From: a virus
Taxonomy: Duplodnaviria > Caudoviricetes
IMG/VR virus record: IMGVR_UViG_3300037962_000510
Span: 1 to 46,029 of that record
Direction: 5' to 3' (one strand)
DNA length: 46,029 nt
The notes beneath the pieces are model-generated. The model saw only the letters and a program-made list of their open reading frames with translations. It was not told the origin of the DNA and searched no databases. Positions 43,476 to 46,029 of the stretch are shown piece by piece. Positions within the stretch are counted from its first letter, which is position 1, and each line of letters begins with the position of its first letter. The translations under genes were made by a program, and so were the position numbers.

Positions 43476-44963
43476 ATGTGTATTATCGTATTTGATAATC
43501 GCCAATCGACTGAACGCTTAGACAAAAAAGTCCTACGGCGATGCCTCGAACGAAACAAAGATGGCATGGGTATCATGCACCCCGACGGCAAGGGGGGATT
43601 GAGCCTATGGAAAAACATGAAAGACTTTTCGGGTCTTTGGGGACGCTATTGCAATGCTCGTAATAAGGGATTGCCAGTAGCTCTGCATTTCCGTATCACC
43701 ACCAAGGGTGGCAATAGCATAAGTAATTGTCATCCATTTCTTGTCCGCCCTAAGCTTGCCATGATGCACAATGGTACTATATCTGGGGCTATTCCACCGG
43801 AAGGCGTTAGCGATACTCGCCATTTCAGGGATGAAGTATTACAGAAACTTCCTAATGGTTTCCTTGACAATGACTCCATGCGTGAGATGATCCGTAGCTA
43901 TATCAGCGGTGACAGGATGTTATTCATGGACGGTGAAGGTAATTTCACCATTCTCAATGAGACTACAGGGTCATGGGAATTTACTGCTGACGATGATCTC
44001 GATAACAATGGCGTATGGTTCAGCCATACACGGGATAACGGATACTTTCTTACTGGTGTGCAGAAGAAGTTCGGGGGATTCAATACATCATGGTATGCTA
44101 CCGGATGGGAGAGCAGTAGTGGCTATGTTTCATCATCCCCCTATGCATCGCGTTCACATGGTGATCCTGTACCTACTGGACCCGATGGCAAGAAGGTCAG
44201 AAACAAAGTATCCGTGGGTATGAAATTCTCTGAGTCACAAGGCAAATTGCTATTTGTCTATGGGGATTTCCGTGATGATACTCCGGGGCCTATAACTATA
44301 CCATCCAAGTTTGCCAGTTTCATATGCAATGGGACGGCACAGAACGTAAGACTGTGGGCGGTTACGGATAAGGATAGAGATATCCAGAGCAGACCTGTCG
44401 CATACAGGATGAAGGCAGGTAACACCTACAGCACGAGGGGCCACATTCTCCATGTGCCTAGTCATTTCGATGAGATTGATGCCCTTATAGGGATAGGCGA
44501 TGATGATTGCAGGTTCCAGAAAACGAAAGTCAACGTCCGTGTTTCGGGACAACAAATCAGTACCGACAATGGAACATGGTCATGCTTTGCATATCTAGCG
44601 AAGCCCGATGATGCTCTCAATCCCATGTTAGCCCCTGTTCCTCATGGGGATTGGGATGAGTGGCTGTCCAGACTGGAGTTTGGAGACACTCTTGATGAGG
44701 CCGATAAAGATATGCCTCCATTGTCCTGCACTCCAGAGGAAAAGTGTGAAGCAGGTCTAGATGAACTGCATAATTCCTATGTGAAGGCCTCGCTCGGTAT
44801 AGATACAGTTGTATGTGGAACCTGTCTCCAAGAAGAAACCACCCCATTCACTACCTATCCTGATGCGAGGACTGGGCAAGCTATAGAAAAGCACTGGTAC
44901 TGGTGCCAGATTTGCGGTAGTGAATACCCATTTGACACATCCATTGAATACTCGGAGAAATAA
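43476..44963 (+). CDS. Class II glutamine amidotransferase fused to GGCT-like and zinc-ribbon domains
   Basis: N-terminal MC, NKDGMG, HFRITT, NCHPF, HNGTI, SDTR; later LFVYGDFR...HGDW; C-terminal CGTC...CQIC. Confidence 0.85.
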   Translation: MCIIVFDNRQSTERLDKKVLRRCLERNKDGMGIMHPDGKGGLSLWKNMKDFSGLWGRYCNARNKGLPVALHFRITTKGGNSISNCHPFLVRPKLAMMHNGTISGAIPPEGVSDTRHFRDEVLQKLPNGFLDNDSMREMIRSYISGDRMLFMDGEGNFTILNETTGSWEFTADDDLDNNGVWFSHTRDNGYFLTGVQKKFGGFNTSWYATGWESSSGYVSSSPYASRSHGDPVPTGPDGKKVRNKVSVGMKFSESQGKLLFVYGDFRDDTPGPITIPSKFASFICNGTAQNVRLWAVTDKDRDIQSRPVAYRMKAGNTYSTRGHILHVPSHFDEIDALIGIGDDDCRFQKTKVNVRVSGQQISTDNGTWSCFAYLAKPDDALNPMLAPVPHGDWDEWLSRLEFGDTLDEADKDMPPLSCTPEEKCEAGLDELHNSYVKASLGIDTVVCGTCLQEETTPFTTYPDARTGQAIEKHWYWCQICGSEYPFDTSIEYSEK

Positions 44964-44964
44964 T

Positions 44965-45513
44965 ATGGCATCGTATGTCCAAACTGAAATGTTTCATAGG
45001 CCATTCCCTATAACCAATACGGAATATCAGAATCTTCCACTACCCCAATCCCTATTCGTATACGGCACACTCCGTACTGATCTTGGACCACCAAGTATGC
45101 GAGGGGATTTACCCGCCGACAATTCCATAGGGTATGCCTATCTTCCCTATGCCAAGATGTATTCTGTCGGTAGTGCTTATCCTGCTGTCGTCCCATCAGA
45201 TAACCATGAGGATGTAGTTCATGGGCAGATACTCTCATACGAGGACTATAGTGAGGGAGATTGGAAGCACATATTGAGCGGTCTTGATTCCTATGAAGGC
45301 GTACCATCTCTCTATACACGTGAATTGGTCAACGTCACACTATCCAATGACGAGGAAACGACAGCCGATGTGTGGACATATGTGTATGCACGGGGTGTTG
45401 ATCCTCTTACACCCATAGAGAATGGGGACTGGAAGGTGCACTACGAGGAAATTATTTCCAGAGGACGGGATGAGATGGCGGGGATGTTTGAATCTGCACA
45501 GGAGGAAAGATAA
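44965..45513 (+). CDS. Gamma-glutamylcyclotransferase (GGCT / AIG2-like)
   Basis: LFVYGTLR, YPAV, VHG, LDSYEG, YTR, WTYVY and IENGDW; ATG 44965 (track start 44920). Confidence 0.9.
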   Translation: MASYVQTEMFHRPFPITNTEYQNLPLPQSLFVYGTLRTDLGPPSMRGDLPADNSIGYAYLPYAKMYSVGSAYPAVVPSDNHEDVVHGQILSYEDYSEGDWKHILSGLDSYEGVPSLYTRELVNVTLSNDEETTADVWTYVYARGVDPLTPIENGDWKVHYEEIISRGRDEMAGMFESAQEER

Positions 45514-45523
45514 TATGCGACCA

Positions 45524-45710
45524 TGGTGATCAGCACCAACCACTACATTAACCGTATTCGCACCCCTACGAAGATGGCATAAGTAGTGGTATAACATGGA
45601 GGGTATGGGTATACTAGTGTATGCTCATACCCTCTGTGCGCCTTGTATACTTGCGCGTGTACATACCTTTATGCAGAGCAAAAGTGGGTTTGACAGGGGT
45701 GATAGGATTC
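45524..45710 (+). promoter_or_regulatory. Structured intergenic regulatory element B
   Basis: ATTAACCGTATTC at 45547, GTGGTATA at 45586, 20-bp hairpin at 45595-45638 and AAAAGTGGgtTTGACA at 45680-45695. Confidence 0.55.
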
Positions 45711-45759
45711 TTTCGAGCGGAGAAAGCCTCCGCCAATTCTCTCGAACGAGGAAAGCAAC

Positions 45760-45987
45760 ATGAAACACACACAGAGATGGCCGTTGCATCAGGCTATGAG
45801 GAACCTCCTCGCTGATATGATATGCAAGTTTCGGCGGGACCGTCACCTAATGGAGCCATACTCTATTGGTTTCGATCAGGGGTACATGAGTTCTCTCACC
45901 CATGCCATGAAGTTATCCGGTATGAACGATGCAGACCTAGAGCAAGCTGAGAGTATGCTTGAAAAGGTGTGGTGCCGGAATGTCTAA
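45760..45987 (+). CDS. Hypothetical protein
   Basis: GAGGA SD, 75 aa. Confidence 0.65.
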   Translation: MKHTQRWPLHQAMRNLLADMICKFRRDRHLMEPYSIGFDQGYMSSLTHAMKLSGMNDADLEQAESMLEKVWCRNV

Positions 45988-46029
45988 TTCATCCAATGAC
46001 GGTAAGTGGGCAGATATGGGATGGAGGGG

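Noticed and set aside
527-45846. Numerous minus-strand and nested alternative-frame ORFs in the track
   Set aside because: They lie within longer, motif-bearing, coupled + strand genes and have shadow-like composition with no recognisable motifs.

Overview
This 46 kb window is part of a tailed dsDNA bacteriophage genome, most likely podovirus-like. All credible genes are on the + strand and tightly coupled (TAATG/ATGA overlaps). Order: small head-proximal proteins, including a HExxH metallopeptidase and a C2H2 zinc finger (to 2.8 kb); tail adaptors, an FN3-decorated and apparently split tail nozzle, and a tail fibre (2.8-11 kb); probable ejection/internal virion proteins, including a 3154-aa giant with a ComEA-like HhH domain (11.9-24.5 kb); a lysis cassette (24.5-26.6 kb); nucleotide-metabolism and recombination genes (DUF6378-like, HAD nucleotidase, Cas4-like nucleases, TSCPD, Sak4-like ATPase, SSB); a family A DNA polymerase split into two genes by a nuclease and an unknown ORF, with a UDG-like N-terminus and a Cys-rich thumb insertion; a RepA-like helicase; an SLT transglycosylase; and a phiEco32-type amide-ligase operon (ATP-grasp, two COOH-NH2 ligases, class II amidotransferase, gamma-glutamylcyclotransferase) headed by a DenV-like glycosylase and bracketed by two related structured intergenic elements. 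Best leads: the split, modular polymerase; an H-type pseudoknot in the ssb leader whose stem is repeated at the ssb stop codon; and the amide-ligase operon with its flanking elements. Terminase, portal, major capsid and primase were not recognised. All family calls are by eye from motifs; no searches were run.
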